From contig NC_058368.1 in NCBI RefSeq assembly GCF_018350175.1, forward strand, positions 148,182,001-148,246,000: a stretch of 64,000 nt of DNA. The letters are read 5' to 3'. The stretch's first letter is position 1, and every line of letters starts with the position of its first letter. The DNA comes from Felis catus. Taxonomy: Eukaryota. The notes under the pieces are model-generated. The model did not search any database and was not told the DNA's origin. It saw only the letters and a program-made list of their open reading frames with translations. The position numbers were made by a program, and so were the translations under genes. Positions 1 through 13,088 of this stretch are shown one piece after another.

Positions 1-86
1 TCCCTCTCTCTCTGACTCTCCCCCACAAGTGCTCGGTCTCCCTCTGCCTCTCAAAAATAAAGAAAACTAATAAAAAAATTTAAAAA
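1..86 (+). mobile_element. Can-SINE 3' end (cut by window edge)
   Basis: CT-rich tract followed by ctcaaaaataa and an A-rich tail. Confidence 0.8.
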
Positions 87-884
87 TTCCTTGAAACATT
101 TAATGGCGAAAGATACTATTTTCAATGTGGACACAGCTCTTTATTCATATGCCACTTTGGTTATTATCATGGCATTTGGTAGTGCAAAAATCTAATACAT
201 AGTCCACATATCCATGTGATTCCATTCTCAGTAATTGGTAAGGGAAACTTACATTAGGAAATAATTAATTGCCATAGATCAATTCTCCTCATACTTGATA
301 GCAAAATAGTACCTAGTGTGAATAGATACCACTTCATCCATAAATAAAAAAGAAACTAAAGAAACTCTATCCATCATATATATATGCAAATGAAGTTAAG
401 AATAGGAAAGTTATTTTATTTTCCTTTATGGAAAGATTATTTTTATCCATTATTGATGGCATCCTTGACAGATCATTGCTCTATTCAGTGGAGGCTATAA
501 ACTAACATATTGGTGCATAAACATAGTAAATTTTAGGAGTTCAGTTTCTTTTAAATTGCATTAAATATTATCAACGTTGTTTTTAAAAATTACATTGCCT
601 CAAATTATACCTAAATGTATAGTGGCTGGAGCACAAAGTTGGTTGAGATTGGCCTCAATTCAACTCTACCTACCCAGTTATATAAAGCAAAGTGTGATTT
701 CAGCACACATTAAATTCTATGATCTCATTATCCTAAATTCATAGTTGAAAGAAATGAACTAAATCAATATATGACAGGTACTTATCATAGCTCTTCATAG
801 TTCACTAAATATAACATTTTCTTCTTACAAAGTTTGTACTTTTTTTACAGGAAACTTAGCTTCATAAAGATACAGTTCAGTAAT

Positions 885-1090
885 TAAAAAAAATTAACGT
901 TTATTTTACTTTTGAGAGAAAGAGAGACAGAGTGAGAGCAGGGGAAGGGCAGAGAGAGGGGGACACAGAATCCGAAGCAGGCTCCAGGCTCTGAGCTGTC
1001 AGCACAGAGCCCAACATGGGTCTCGAACTCATTAACCATGAGATCATGACCTAAGCAAAGTCGGAAGCTCAACCGAGTCACCCAGGCCCC
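885..1090 (-). mobile_element. Can-SINE (SINEC_Fc-like)
   Basis: T-rich tail, (GA)n, acacagaatccgaagcaggctccaggctctgagctgtcagcacagagccc, ends cacccaggcccc. Confidence 0.95.
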
Positions 1091-2436
1091 AGTTGGTTTT
1101 TTAATTTATAAATATAAACTGCTAAATTATGTACTTCATTTTTTATACTTTATAATTTTTTTGTCTATTGAGAGTTTTTTTGGAGAAAAAGTTTGTAACA
1201 ACATATTTCTACTAGAATCAATCTGAATTTATACTAAAATTCAGCATGTTTTTAAGATTTTTGATTAAGAAAGATGTAAAAAAAATTTAAATAACATTAT
1301 TTTTTAATGTAAAAAATTCCTCAGAAGTTATTTATGAGTTAATTAATATTTAGCTACTGAGATATACAGTTTTTTCTTAATTTGTTGCACAGTTTATATT
1401 ACTACATTTATTTGTAAAAAATATATGTTTAAAACCTGTGAAGTTATATGCAATATATATAAGTTGTATACAGTCACCCAATTACATATTAATAATGTGA
1501 CTCTAAGGCAGCATGCTTGAGATGTATAACAGCATGTGCAATCAATCAAAAAATTTCAAAGATATGGTTAACATTCTATAACAAAAGACAACTAATACAA
1601 CTATAAGAAGGAATTTTCAATGTCTGTGATTTTTCAGAATCATTTAGGAAAGTTATGTACCAATTATGCCAAATCTTATAGGTTTTCTGTTTCTTTTCCA
1701 AGTCCATCAGGTTGTTTGGTTTATCTATTTTTTGTGTGTTTGTTTTTGTTTTGGGGATGGACTAGAAGATCAATGTTTAGTAAGATTTACCTGGTATATA
1801 TAATATTAACACAAAGAAGAGGGGTGCTATTATACCAGTGGATATTCTAAGTAGCCTTTATTGTTTTGGAACACCAAAGCTCAGATATCCCTTTATTATC
1901 AGAGATGTTTTAAGGGCTATGTTTTTTAGTTCATCTCCACAAAATATCACTTTATGGATGGTGTTATTAATGGGGATTGTTATAATAATTTTAATTGTCA
2001 CATGCAGTTTTTATATAATTAGTAAGGTCTTTGGAGCATTCTTCAAATACACATTACAAAGTATTTATTCTGAGGTCTAACAATGTTAGTTATTAGCTAG
2101 GACAAATTGGAAGTTAGCTTGTCAGTGTTCATAGACATTCTCTGCATATAAGGACAAGAGAGGGATAATTTAGTGAAGTGTGGCACTGGCATCATTAAAA
2201 GTGTCAAGCTATGTCATAAAGAGATTGCTGAAGCAGTATTTTCTGAAAGCCCATGAAATGACTAGAACGATACTTAAAAGGAGGATAAAACTGTTCCATT
2301 CAATATGATATAAAAATATGAAAAGTAAGTCTCCTGCTAGTCTAGAGAAAAAAATAGAACGGGAAAAATTAAAAGAAAAAGTTAGGTGAATAAAAGGCAG
2401 AATCAAACAAAATAAGAGGCATGATTGGATTAGAAG

Positions 2437-4325
2437 CAAAATCAACACACAGAAATCTGCTGCATTTCTATACACCAATAGTGAACAACAGAAAGAGACA
2501 TTAAGAAAAAAATACCATTTACAATTGCACCAAAATGAGTAAGATACCTAGTAATAAACTTAACCAAAGAGTTGAAAGATCTGTACTCTGAAAAGTATAA
2601 AACACTGCTGAAAAAACTTGAAAATGATACAAACACATGGAAAGACATTCCATGCCCATGGATTGGAAGAACCAATATTATAAAATGTCTACACTACCCA
2701 AATCAATCTACACATTTAATGCAATCTCTATTAAAATACCCATAGCATTTTTCACATAATTAGAATAGACAATCCTAAAATTTGTATGGAACCACAAAAG
2801 TTTCCAAATGGCATCACAAGATAAGTAAAGCTGGTGGTATCACAAATCTAGACTTCAAGTTCTATTACAAAGCTGTAGTAATCAAGACAATATGGTTCTG
2901 GCACAAAAACAGACACACAGATCAATAGAACAGAACAGAAAACCCAGAAATGATCCCACAGCTATATGATCAATTAGTCTTTGACAAATCAGGAAAGAGT
3001 ATCCAATGGGAAAAAGTCTCCTCAAGACACAGTGTTTGGGAAACCTGGACAGTAACATGCAAAAGAATGAAACTGGACCACTTTCTTATACCATACACAA
3101 AAATAATTCAAAATGGGTGAAAGACCTAAATGTGAGACGGGAAACATCAAGATCTCAGAGGAGAACACAGGCAGTAACCTCTTTGACATCAGCTATAGCA
3201 ACTTTTTACTAGATATGTCTACTGAGGAAGGGAACCAAAGTAAAAATAAACTAATGGGACTTCATCCAAAAGAAGCAAACAAACAAACTAACTAACTAAA
3301 AGCTTCTGCACATTGAAGGAAACAATCAACAAAACTAAAAGGCAACTTAAGGAATGTGAGAAAATATTTGCAAATGACATATCTGATAAAGGCTTAGTAT
3401 CAAAAATCTATAAAAATTATAAAACTCAACACCTCAAAAATTAATAATCCAGCTTAAAAATGGGCAGAAGACACAAATAGACATATTTCCACAGAAGACA
3501 TACAAATGGCCAACAGACACATGAAAAGATACTCCACATCACTGATCATAAGGGACACACAATGAAAGCTACAATGAAATGTCACCTCACACCTGTGAGA
3601 ATGGCTGAAATCAACAACACAAGAAACCACATGTGTTGACGAGAATGTGGAGAAAGGGGAGCTCTCTTGCACTATTGGTGGGAATGCAAACTGGTACAGC
3701 CATTCTGGAGAACAGTATAAAGGTTCCTTAAAAAATGAAAAATAGAACTACCCTACAATCCAACCTAAGTATTTACAATACAATATAATCTATGTATTTA
3801 CCCAAAGAATACAAAATTACTAATTTAAAGGGATACATGCCCCCGGGTGTTTAGAACAGTATTATCTATAATAGCCAAATTATGGAAACAGCCCAAGTGC
3901 CCATCAACTGAAAAATGGATAAGAGGTATAACATATATAATATAATATAATATAATATAATATAATATAATATAATATAATATAATTCATTTTATGTCAA
4001 TTAATATTCCATTATATATATCTTAAATATATATATATATATAATCTAAATCTATGTAATCTATATAATCTAAATCTATATATAATATATATAATATATT
4101 ATATATATATAATCTAGATATATGTCTATTATATATGTATATATATAATAGATATATATCTTAAATATATATAATGGATTATTAATTGACCATAAAAATG
4201 AAATTTTGCCATGAAACTGTCATGAGAGTATTATGCTAAGTTAAATAAGTCAGAGAAAGATAAATACCATATAATTTCACTCACATGTGGAATTTAAGAA
4301 ACAAAACAAATGAGCAAAGAGAAAG

Positions 4326-4357
<32 letters not shown>

Positions 4358-4560
4358 CTCTTAACTTTAGAGAACAACTCATGATTACCAGAGGGGAGGT
4401 AGATAGAGGGATGGGTTAAGTAGGTGATTGGGATTAAGGAGAGTACTTGTGATGAGTACCAGGTGTTATATGGAAGTATTGAATTGCTATATTGTACACA
4501 TGAAACTCATATCCCACTGTATATTAACTGAAATTTAAATAAAAATTTTGAAAGAAGAAA
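2437..4560 (+). mobile_element. 5'-truncated carnivore LINE-1 (ORF2 3' part plus 3'UTR), degenerate
   Basis: ORF2-like DNA (aatcaacacacagaaatc; ggaaaacatcaagatc...gagaacacaggcagtaacc; atggccaacagacacatgaaaaga), broken frames, 3'UTR ending in an A-rich tail. Confidence 0.95.
3928..4172. repeat. (ATATA)n / AT-rich low-complexity tract inside L1
   Basis: direct reading. Confidence 0.95.
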
Positions 4561-4571
4561 CAGTCTTTATT

Positions 4572-4790
4572 CTTTTAAAAAATTGTAATGTTTATTTTTG
4601 AGAGAGAGAGAGAGAGAGACAGAGCACGAGCGGGGGAGGGTCAGAGAGAGGGAGACACAAAATCTGAAGCAGGTTCAAGGCTCTGACGTGTCAGCACAGA
4701 GCCTGACACGGGGCCTGAACCCACAAGCCGTGAGATCATGACCTGAGCCAAAGTTAGACACTTAACTGACTGAACCACTCTGGAGCCCCT
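4572..4790 (-). mobile_element. Can-SINE
   Basis: tgtttatttttgagagag...gagatcatgacctgagccaaagt...ggagcccc; tail-to-tail with the preceding L1. Confidence 0.93.
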
Positions 4791-5536
4791 AGGTTTTAAT
4801 TATTCTGAAAATTGAACATACAGAAAATCATAATAGGAAATCAGCTTATAAATTTTTAACAAGAAGGTGAACAGGTGTCATATTAGGGTAAGTTATACGG
4901 TTAGCATGCCCAACTGCGACATGTTTGTTAAAGCTCCTAAGAAGCTCTATAGATAGCTCATAGTAAACTATCCAAATCAACAAAAACTACAAAACAATAG
5001 TATTAATGCAAGTTCTTTGAGACCAGTTCTGCCACAAGTGTACAGAGGGAAGAGAAAATATTATTTCTCTTGTTTCCATATAGCTATAAAATTAGAAGGA
5101 AATTGTTCCCCTAAATGTTGTTGAACCATTGCTTTAAAATTTCAGAAAGTGTAGGCCAGCTCCGTTCAGCCACATTCAAATGTCATTCATCATAAATAAA
5201 AGATTGGAAAATATACTCCAGCACACCATAAACACAAAAGTGGAATCCTTTCCTGAGTCCACATTAAAATATGTAATCTGAGTTGACCACGTAAGATATG
5301 GCCCTTGGCTTAATCTAGCTGCAAAGTCAGAGCTAGCATGTATATTTAGTCAACAAGGTACTTTTTCCTTTTATTTATCACACTAAAACTTACATGTGAA
5401 TATAAAATGTAATTCTTTTTTTCTATAATTAATTTGTCCTTCCTGAGCATGAAATCACTATTATTGGGGTAACAGGGGCAATAACGAAAAGCTAAGTCTC
5501 TAATTCTTTTTAAAAATTAATTATGATAATATAAAC

Positions 5537-6188
5537 TGTGCCAATTTTCAATGTATTGCCTCTCATCCCCGAGTCCACCCTTCATTGCTTTCTCTATACT
5601 AATAAAATAGGTTCTGTTAGCATTTCTCCTTTGCCATATGGCAGGATGTTCAGTTTTCACATTAGAAGTCACTACTAGGACTTCAGAGCAGGAAGTGTCT
5701 TCCCTTCCTAGTTTCGGTATTCTCCTGCTATGCTTCTTCACTGTGCATGGCTGCCCTAGAATATGGTTCCAACAGCACAGCTGGATTCTGCAGTACCAGG
5801 TTCTTGCCATACATACAACTTCGGCAAATGCAGCTTCTCTATCACTCAAGTGCTACAGCATGGGCACATTCCTGTAAAGTTATGCTTGCATGGCACCTCA
5901 GTAGCTTTTTCACGTCCAGTAAACCACAGCCTCACTCTCTCCAATCACAGTTGGATCTCAGGCTTGAAGGGGAGATACTCTTCCTTGGAGTGTTCTATCT
6001 CAGCTCTATGGGGCACGGTAACTTTTATACCTGTCATTCCTAAATGTTATTCAGACTTCTCCCTACTTATTAGGGAATCTCACACTATTACTATTCCCTA
6101 GTTTATTTAATAATTATTTACATTAAAAATTTCTTGCTCAAATTATTAAGTAGCTCCTTTCTCTTTATCGAATCATGACTGATTCTGA
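5537..6188 (+). mobile_element. ERVL LTR, LTR33-like
   Basis: starts tgt; tccacccttcattgc...catttctcctttgcca resembles the LTR33 5' part; cattaaa poly(A)-like signal near 6121; followed by a PBS-like motif. Confidence 0.7.
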
Positions 6189-6443
6189 AACAATACCAGG
6201 AGTGGTTCCAGGAAATTGACCCTTAGTGATGTGATTTGGAAGTTGGTTTGGTTGAAACTGGACCTTAACAGCAAACTTTCTTTACTTGAAAACTCTTTGA
6301 TAATTTCATCTAGGTTTGGTTATTGAACAGGGAATTAATTTTCCTCAAGAACCACCCTAAACTTCCTTTCCCTGTTTGCCATTAGCTTTTAACTAGGATC
6401 AAATTTCAACAGACACCAGACATAGAGGTACACACAATAATGC

Positions 6444-6600
6444 AGGAAGAAGAAGAAGAAGAAGGAAGAGGAGGAGGAGGAGGAGGAGGAGGAGGAGGAG
6501 GAGGAGGAGGAGGAGGATGAGGAGGAGGAGAAGAAGAGGAGGAGGAGGAGGAGGAGGAGGAGGAGGAGGAGGAGGAGGAGGAAGGAGGAGGAGAGGAAGA
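6444..6600 (+). repeat. (GAA)n/(GAG)n purine trinucleotide repeat
   Basis: direct reading. Confidence 0.98.
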
Positions 6601-6662
6601 AAACATAGCAAAAGAATTGTAAGGCTTTGCTAACATTTATCATTAGAAATCTGGGGACTTAC

Positions 6663-6878
6663 GGGGCACCTGGGTGGCTCATTCGGTTAAGCGTCCTACT
6701 TTGGCTCAGGTCATGATCTCACGGTTCGCGAGTTTGAGCCCCGCATCAGGCCCTGTGCTAACAGCTTGGCCCTGGAGCTTGCTTCAGATTCTGTGTCTCC
6801 CTCTCTCTCTCTGCCCCTCCCCTGCTCACACCCTGTCTCTCAAAAATGAATAAATGTTAAAAAAAATTAAAAAAAAAA
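6663..6878 (+). mobile_element. Can-SINE with TSD
   Basis: ggggcacctgggtggctc head, A tail; TSD agaaatctggg(g/a)actt at 6645 and 6879. Confidence 0.97.
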
Positions 6879-8149
6879 AGAAATCTGGGAACTTGTGTGA
6901 GATGAATTCTAAGGTTCAAATAGTAGAGGATATAATACCGGATGGGGTTATATTTATATGTGTAATTAATTTAGCTCTTGCAGTTAAAGATAACTTGAAT
7001 AGTTAGAGGTAGCTTTAATATTAGTAGACTGAACCTAACTTCACTTAGTGGTGGCTTATATTTAATGTGCTGAGATGCAAAAATTTCCATAGTGTGATAA
7101 GGGGGAGGGAAACAAAAAGTTTGGGGATATAGGAAAGTCGGACTGGATTTATCATGTGTCACCTATACACCCACTGCCTATCTACATTCCGCGAGAAGCC
7201 CCAGAAGACACTGCTCTAAGCTTCCCTTAGTGAGGGAAACACCTACATTTTTAAAGTTACCTGGCTGCTCTGCTTTATAGCCCTAGTGTAAACATTGAAG
7301 ATGTTGCCATTGAGACAGACTTCCTGATTTCCATGGAGTCCAGGGGATTTTAGTGTATCGGAGGTCAAATGGCACCACGTAATGCCAAAGAAAAGGTAGG
7401 TACATCTACTGTAAAGAGGAGTACAGAAATCAGAAACACTTCTTAACTTCTCTAATAAGTGGATGCCTTAGATATACATGATTTTTTTAGAAAGGTACTC
7501 TAAAAAGCAAAATAGAAAGCACACATTGATGATTTTCTGTATGTGTGTGTGTTTTATATGTTGTGAAACACATACAGTCTATGTGCGTATGTGTTCCACA
7601 TATATTTTGGCAGGAAGAAATGCTATGCTTGTAGAAATAGAGAGCTCAAAACATTTTGGGGGCTTATTAGAAAAACAACTGAAGATAACTTACATGTATA
7701 TTTGTAAAAAGTGATATTCTTATGTATATTACATGTATTGTAACCTAATAGTATGGTTTTGTGATAGCTTCCCATGCCCCTTACATTCTTTCCCTATCCA
7801 GTATTCAAATCACAGCAATACAATCCAGAAAGACCTTTTTCTTTTCCTGTTTATATCTAGGGATATCATATGTACTGGAGCATATGATACAATAATATAA
7901 CTTCTAACACAGGATTTGAGTATTCTGTTCTTTACACAAACGGGGAAATTAATATATAATACAAAATATATAAGGCTAAGCTTAATATACTTATATTTCA
8001 TGGAATGGAAAGTACAAAAAAATCCAATAAATGGACATAATTCTCATTATCCCAGATTATTCCAGCAAATTCTCTGATTTATTTGTTCCTTAAAAAAATA
8101 AATTTTCTGAAAAAATAAAATAAAATAAATTTTCTCTTTTTCATTCATG

Positions 8150-8603
8150 TATATTTTTAAGGTTTTACTTAAAATCCAGTTAGTTAATATGCAGTGGGAT
8201 ACTCATTTCAGGTATACAATATAATGATTCAATACTTCCATACAACACCCAATGCTCATCATATAAGCATACTTTTAAATCCCAATCACCTATTTAACCC
8301 ATCCCCTCTCATAACCATCAATTTTTTATATGTAGTTAAGAATCTGTTTGTTGGTTTATCTCTCTCTCTTTCTCCCCTTTTCTTATTTGTTTTGTTTCTT
8401 AAATTCCACATGTGAGTTAAATAATGTCAAAGAATATAATGACAAATAATTTCACATGGTATTTGTCTTTCTCTGACTTATTTCTTTTACCATAATACTC
8501 TCTGTTTCCATCCATGTCATTCCAAGTGGCAAAATATCATTCTTTTTTATGGCCAAGTAAAATTACATTATTATAGAATGAAAAAAATATATAAATATAC
8601 ATA

Positions 8604-8646
<43 letters not shown>

Positions 8647-9138
8647 CCATTTATCAGTTGATGGACATTTGGGCTGTTTTCCATAATTTGGCTATTGTAT
8701 ATAATGCTGTTAATAAATATTGTGGGGAAGGGTATGTATCCCTTTGCATTAATAATTTTTTTTCTTGGGGTAAATTTACCTAGTAGTGGAAGTACTGGAC
8801 TGTAGGGTAGTTCTATTTTTCACTTTTTGAGGAACCTCCATACTGCCTTCCAGAGTTGCTGTACCGGTTTGCATTCCCACCAACAGTGCAATAGGGATCC
8901 CCTTTCTCCACATACTTGCCAATACATGTGGTTTCTTGTGTTGTTGATTTTAGCCATTCTGACAGATGTGACGTGATATTTCATTGTAATTTTCATTTGT
9001 ATTTCCCTTATGATCAGTGATGTGGAGCATCTTTTCATGTGTCTGTTGGCCATCTGTATGTCTTCTTTGGAAATATGTCTATTTGTGTCTTCTGCTCATT
9101 TTTAATTGAATTATTCATTTTTTGTTTATTGAGTTCTA
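8150..9138 (-). mobile_element. 5'-truncated carnivore LINE-1 3' end
   Basis: ORF 8820..9053 [19 protein letters not shown]...HCWWECK is the L1 ORF2 C-terminal Cys-rich region; 3'UTR; (TA)n at about 8590-8643. Confidence 0.95.
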
Positions 9139-10054
9139 TTTTTAAGAATTATAGTGGATGAAGAACAGTAGTAAAAACAGTAAAACGTTCCCTTGGTAAA
9201 ATATATTTATAGAGTGAATGTGTGAGGTGCAACATAAAATCAACTCTCCTTGTCACAATACAGAAATGGAGATTAAAGGTGCGATCTTGTTTGGTAAATA
9301 ATGGTAGGTCTCTCCATTCTTATAATTTCCTTTCCATCATGATAAAAATAAAACTGTTTTTACTGTTGCACAGCTGAATAGAACAATGATATATATTTTA
9401 CCACTTTTATAGTTTTGGGATTGGGCAGACAGGATATGTGTCTTCTTCCCTCCCATCTCATTCCTGCTTTCCCATTCTCCTAGTAAAAGAATAGTATTTC
9501 ATGGAGTATCATCCTCATTATAAGATCACACACTGAAAATAAAATACCTAAAGTTGATCTGCTCTTCACTCTGCCACCAGAGACACAAATTTACCATTTT
9601 GACTCCAGGAAAGATATATTTCCTTCTCTGGGATGAATCTGAGAAAATCCCTGTTACTCTAGAATGTGATCTGTAGACCAAATACTAGTCTTCTGTGTCA
9701 GACTTCCCCATTTATACCTGTACTTTTCATATATTAAGAAATAATACGTACAATGACTCCCTGACTCTCTGCTCCTACATCTGTGATACATATTCATGTG
9801 CACAATTATAATTTTTTTAATATCTATATATTTCTTTATTTTTCTATATTATCTTTTCTATTTTATTCCTTATTTCATTTCTTTCTGCCATGCAACAATA
9901 TTTATTTCTATAAAAAACTGGCCACTGCATATTTGGGAGAGGCTATATTTTTATTCTCTTTGGCATATTTGATTGTTCACTCATTATTCAATCAGATTGC
10001 TTGCCCAGGGCAGACTCCCCTAGTAGAATGAAGGGAGTTTCTTCATATTTTTTT

Positions 10055-10269
10055 TTTTAAATTTTTTTAACGTTTATTTATTTTTGAGACAGAGAGAGAC
10101 AGAGCATGAACAGGGGAGGGCAGAGAGAGAGGGAGACACAGAATCGGAAGCAGGCTCCAGGCTCTGAGCCATCAGCCCAGAGCCCGATGCGGGGCTCGAA
10201 CCCACGGACCGCGAGATCGTGACCTGGCTGAAGTCGGAAGCTTAACCGACTGCGCCACCCAGGTGCCCC
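10055..10269 (-). mobile_element. young Can-SINE with TSD
   Basis: CpG-rich body; TSD tcttcatattttttt at 10040 and 10270. Confidence 0.97.
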
Positions 10270-12611
10270 TCTTCATATTTTTTTAATCACTCTTTTCAGA
10301 GGAAATTTGTAAAATATTTTAACAGCTTGCTATACCTCAGCAAATCTAACTATAATCAATTATAAAATTGAAAATGAACGCTTCGAAATTATCCTATGAA
10401 AATATTTTTGACAATGATGTACAAGTACCTTGCACACTCTTATCCTCCAATAATTATCAACTATGAATAGCAACTAAATATCTCAGGTATTTTTTACTCT
10501 AATTTTTAATATTAGAAGAATATTACTAATCAACTGATCAAAACTGCACATCCATAGAAAGCAGTAATTTCTATGATTTTTGTTCAGGTAAGTTGTAGAC
10601 GCATTTAGAGATCGCTACCTTGAAGTAGATCAATATCTTTCATAATCTTATATAAAAATTTATAATTATTGAATATGTTTTAAGGTTTTATTCAAGAAGA
10701 AATATGAGTTTAGGATACCATATTAATCTGTATAATTATCATTTTTTAAATCTATACCAGGTTGAAGACCCTAATATTAATACTGAGCATGGTACAATGC
10801 TCCAGTTGACTCTTGGTCTGATACTTGATTAGTAGTCTTGAGCCAAATAATGCATTTCAACAAGTCCTAAAAATACAGCGCCAAATTAAATTTTACCAAT
10901 TTTACCATAAGAAACATTTTCTAGTGCTTCTATAGTTACCTTTCTTCCCTCACAACAGCTCAGATACAAGAACACAAGCACTAGTTTACTTTATTCCTCT
11001 TGAGGACTCAATTCTCAGCTCAACTCAACTGTTAAAACCAACTGCAGGCAGACAGATGTGGACACAGGGAAGGCTTTCTTATGTGTAGGCTTTTGTTTTT
11101 CCTCAATTCTATTCATTATTAGGATTTTACCTCTTAGACCCCATCTCTACCAAGTCCTAGTCATGTATATTATTTAGTTTCAATATACAACTTGCTTCAC
11201 TGTGTCCTATCATCACATCATTCTGATTATTTGGGTCGTGCATAAGCTTCATCACTCACAAGGTAGAGAAACCATGCAAGCAAATCTTTTCTCTTGAATA
11301 GCTTAAATTAGACCTTCTATTTCATTCTCTTTCTCTATGGATACTGTTTGTGATCTCTGAATTTTCCTTGCTGTTCTATGAATGGTTCCTTTTTTCTTCC
11401 AAACTATCTAGTTTATTCTCAATTACATTTGTTTGTATTTCTTATGTATAATATATGTATGCATTATTATATATGTATATAATATCTGTACATATATGTA
11501 TGCATTATGTAAAATAATATATATATCCTATGTATATATTATACATAATCCTATATAACATATATCCATATTTCATAGAAAGAATCAATCGCATGCAAGC
11601 ATGTAACACCAGTAACCAACTTACATGCCCTTTAAACTGTTTCCATAGGTTGCCATATTTTATCATAAATCTTCAATTATTCTGAGAATAAACTGCCAAC
11701 AGTTTCTATTCTTCAGCCATGGTAAGCAATCTTCACTTCTCCTTTCTTTGATTTTTACTTGGGCTGACTAGAGGTAACATATAAAATTTTATTTCTTATC
11801 CTGTTTGACTTTTATGACCTATCATTCTTTCATTTTCTTTAGCTGTTTCTCTACATAAACTATATTTTAGAAGAAACTTCAACTAAGTGACAAGCTCAGT
11901 GTTCTTGATATTACAGTTAGCAAACTGTCCATAAGATTGGTGAACTTTTGAGCTGCTATAAAATTGCTAACTTTTCTTATTCCATAAAATCACAGAATTA
12001 CCTGTGAAGGTACAAAGAGGCATAGTTTTGTTGTACAGATTTTGCAACCAGAAAGTATCTTTTAAAATATTACTTTCCTTTCATTTTACTCTCTATATAC
12101 AAAGTGTCAATAGACAAATCATCCATCAAAGAACAGAAAATAATTGTATTTTCACTTTTTTCTTGGAATCCAATAATAATTCTTTTACTTTCACTTGTCA
12201 GCCAGTTGTCATAAATGTTTAACAAAGCTATTATATTTAATTGATAGTTTTACTTAAATTCATTCATTTTGTTTCTAATTTTCCCAAAATAATGTTTTCA
12301 TTTCCCTTGTCATTGTAGAAGTCTCTTCACTAATTATTTCATCAACTTAAGCTCCTTTTTATGCTTTTATTGGATCTCTATAATTCGACCTCTCTGTGCA
12401 TTTTAATCTCAGGATACCATGGCCAAAGCTTTTAGACAGCTAATTGTCCCCAAACTTCCATGCTAACTCCTATATATCCCGGCCAATGTTTATACTACTT
12501 CCTCATCCACAATGCACTCAACTCCTTTAAAGTACAACTTTGTAATAATATTATTGTCTTCATTTTGTCCCTGGTACCACATTCAATTGATGTTTTTTAT
12601 CTACATGGCTG

Positions 12612-12745
12612 TTTTTACTCACCTGTAAAATAGCACAACAACAATACCTACCTCATTAGTTTTAGGGAGGAAGTGATATGGTAATACATGTAAAAGATAT
12701 GACATAGAAAAAGCACCTGGTATAACTGCTCAGCAGGGTTATTGT
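12612..12745 (+). mobile_element. MIR fragment
   Basis: ctcacctgtaaaatag...aatacctacctca...gtaatacatgtaaa resembles the MIR core. Confidence 0.6.
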
Positions 12746-12868
12746 ATTTTCTCTCAAAGTCAAAGTCACAGGTTTTCTCTGCTAAGAAAATTTTGTGTTA
12801 TTTACATTATGGTTTGGGGGAATTTTTGTTGTTGTTGTTGTTCAAGTAGAGTATAGATCCAGCTTTTA

Positions 12869-13088
12869 TTTTTTTTTTAATTTTTTTAACGTTTATTTAT
12901 TTTTGAGACAGAGAGACAGAGCGTGAATGGGGGAGGGTCAGAGAGAGAGGGAGACACAGAATCTGAAACAGGCTCCAGGCTCTGAGCTGTCAGCACAGAG
13001 CCTGACGCGGGGCTCAAACTCACGGACTGCAAGATCATGACCTGAGCCGAAGTCGGACACCCAACCAACTGAGCCACCCAGGCGCCCC
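12869..13088 (-). mobile_element. Can-SINE with TSD
   Basis: full body; TSD tagatccagctttta at 12854 and 13089. Confidence 0.97.

Larger units (their letters stand above)
6189..7435 (+). mobile_element. degraded ERVL internal sequence (ERV3-16A3-like leader and gag remnant)
   Basis: taccaggagtggttccaggaaa after the LTR; ttgctaacatttatcattagaaatctggg...gaattctaagg and ggatttatcatgtg...ccagaagacact resemble ERVL gag; interrupted by a microsatellite and a SINE. Confidence 0.65.

Noticed and set aside
5517..6101. Four overlapping ORFs of 79-112 aa
   Set aside because: They lie inside the LTR33-like element and show no recognisable protein similarity.
6389..6643. Poly-Pro/Ser/Leu ORFs
   Set aside because: Translations of the GAG/GAA microsatellite.
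10580..10600. Strong donor-like caggtaagt (others near 31920 and 48035)
   Set aside because: No convincing matching acceptor or exon; expected by chance.
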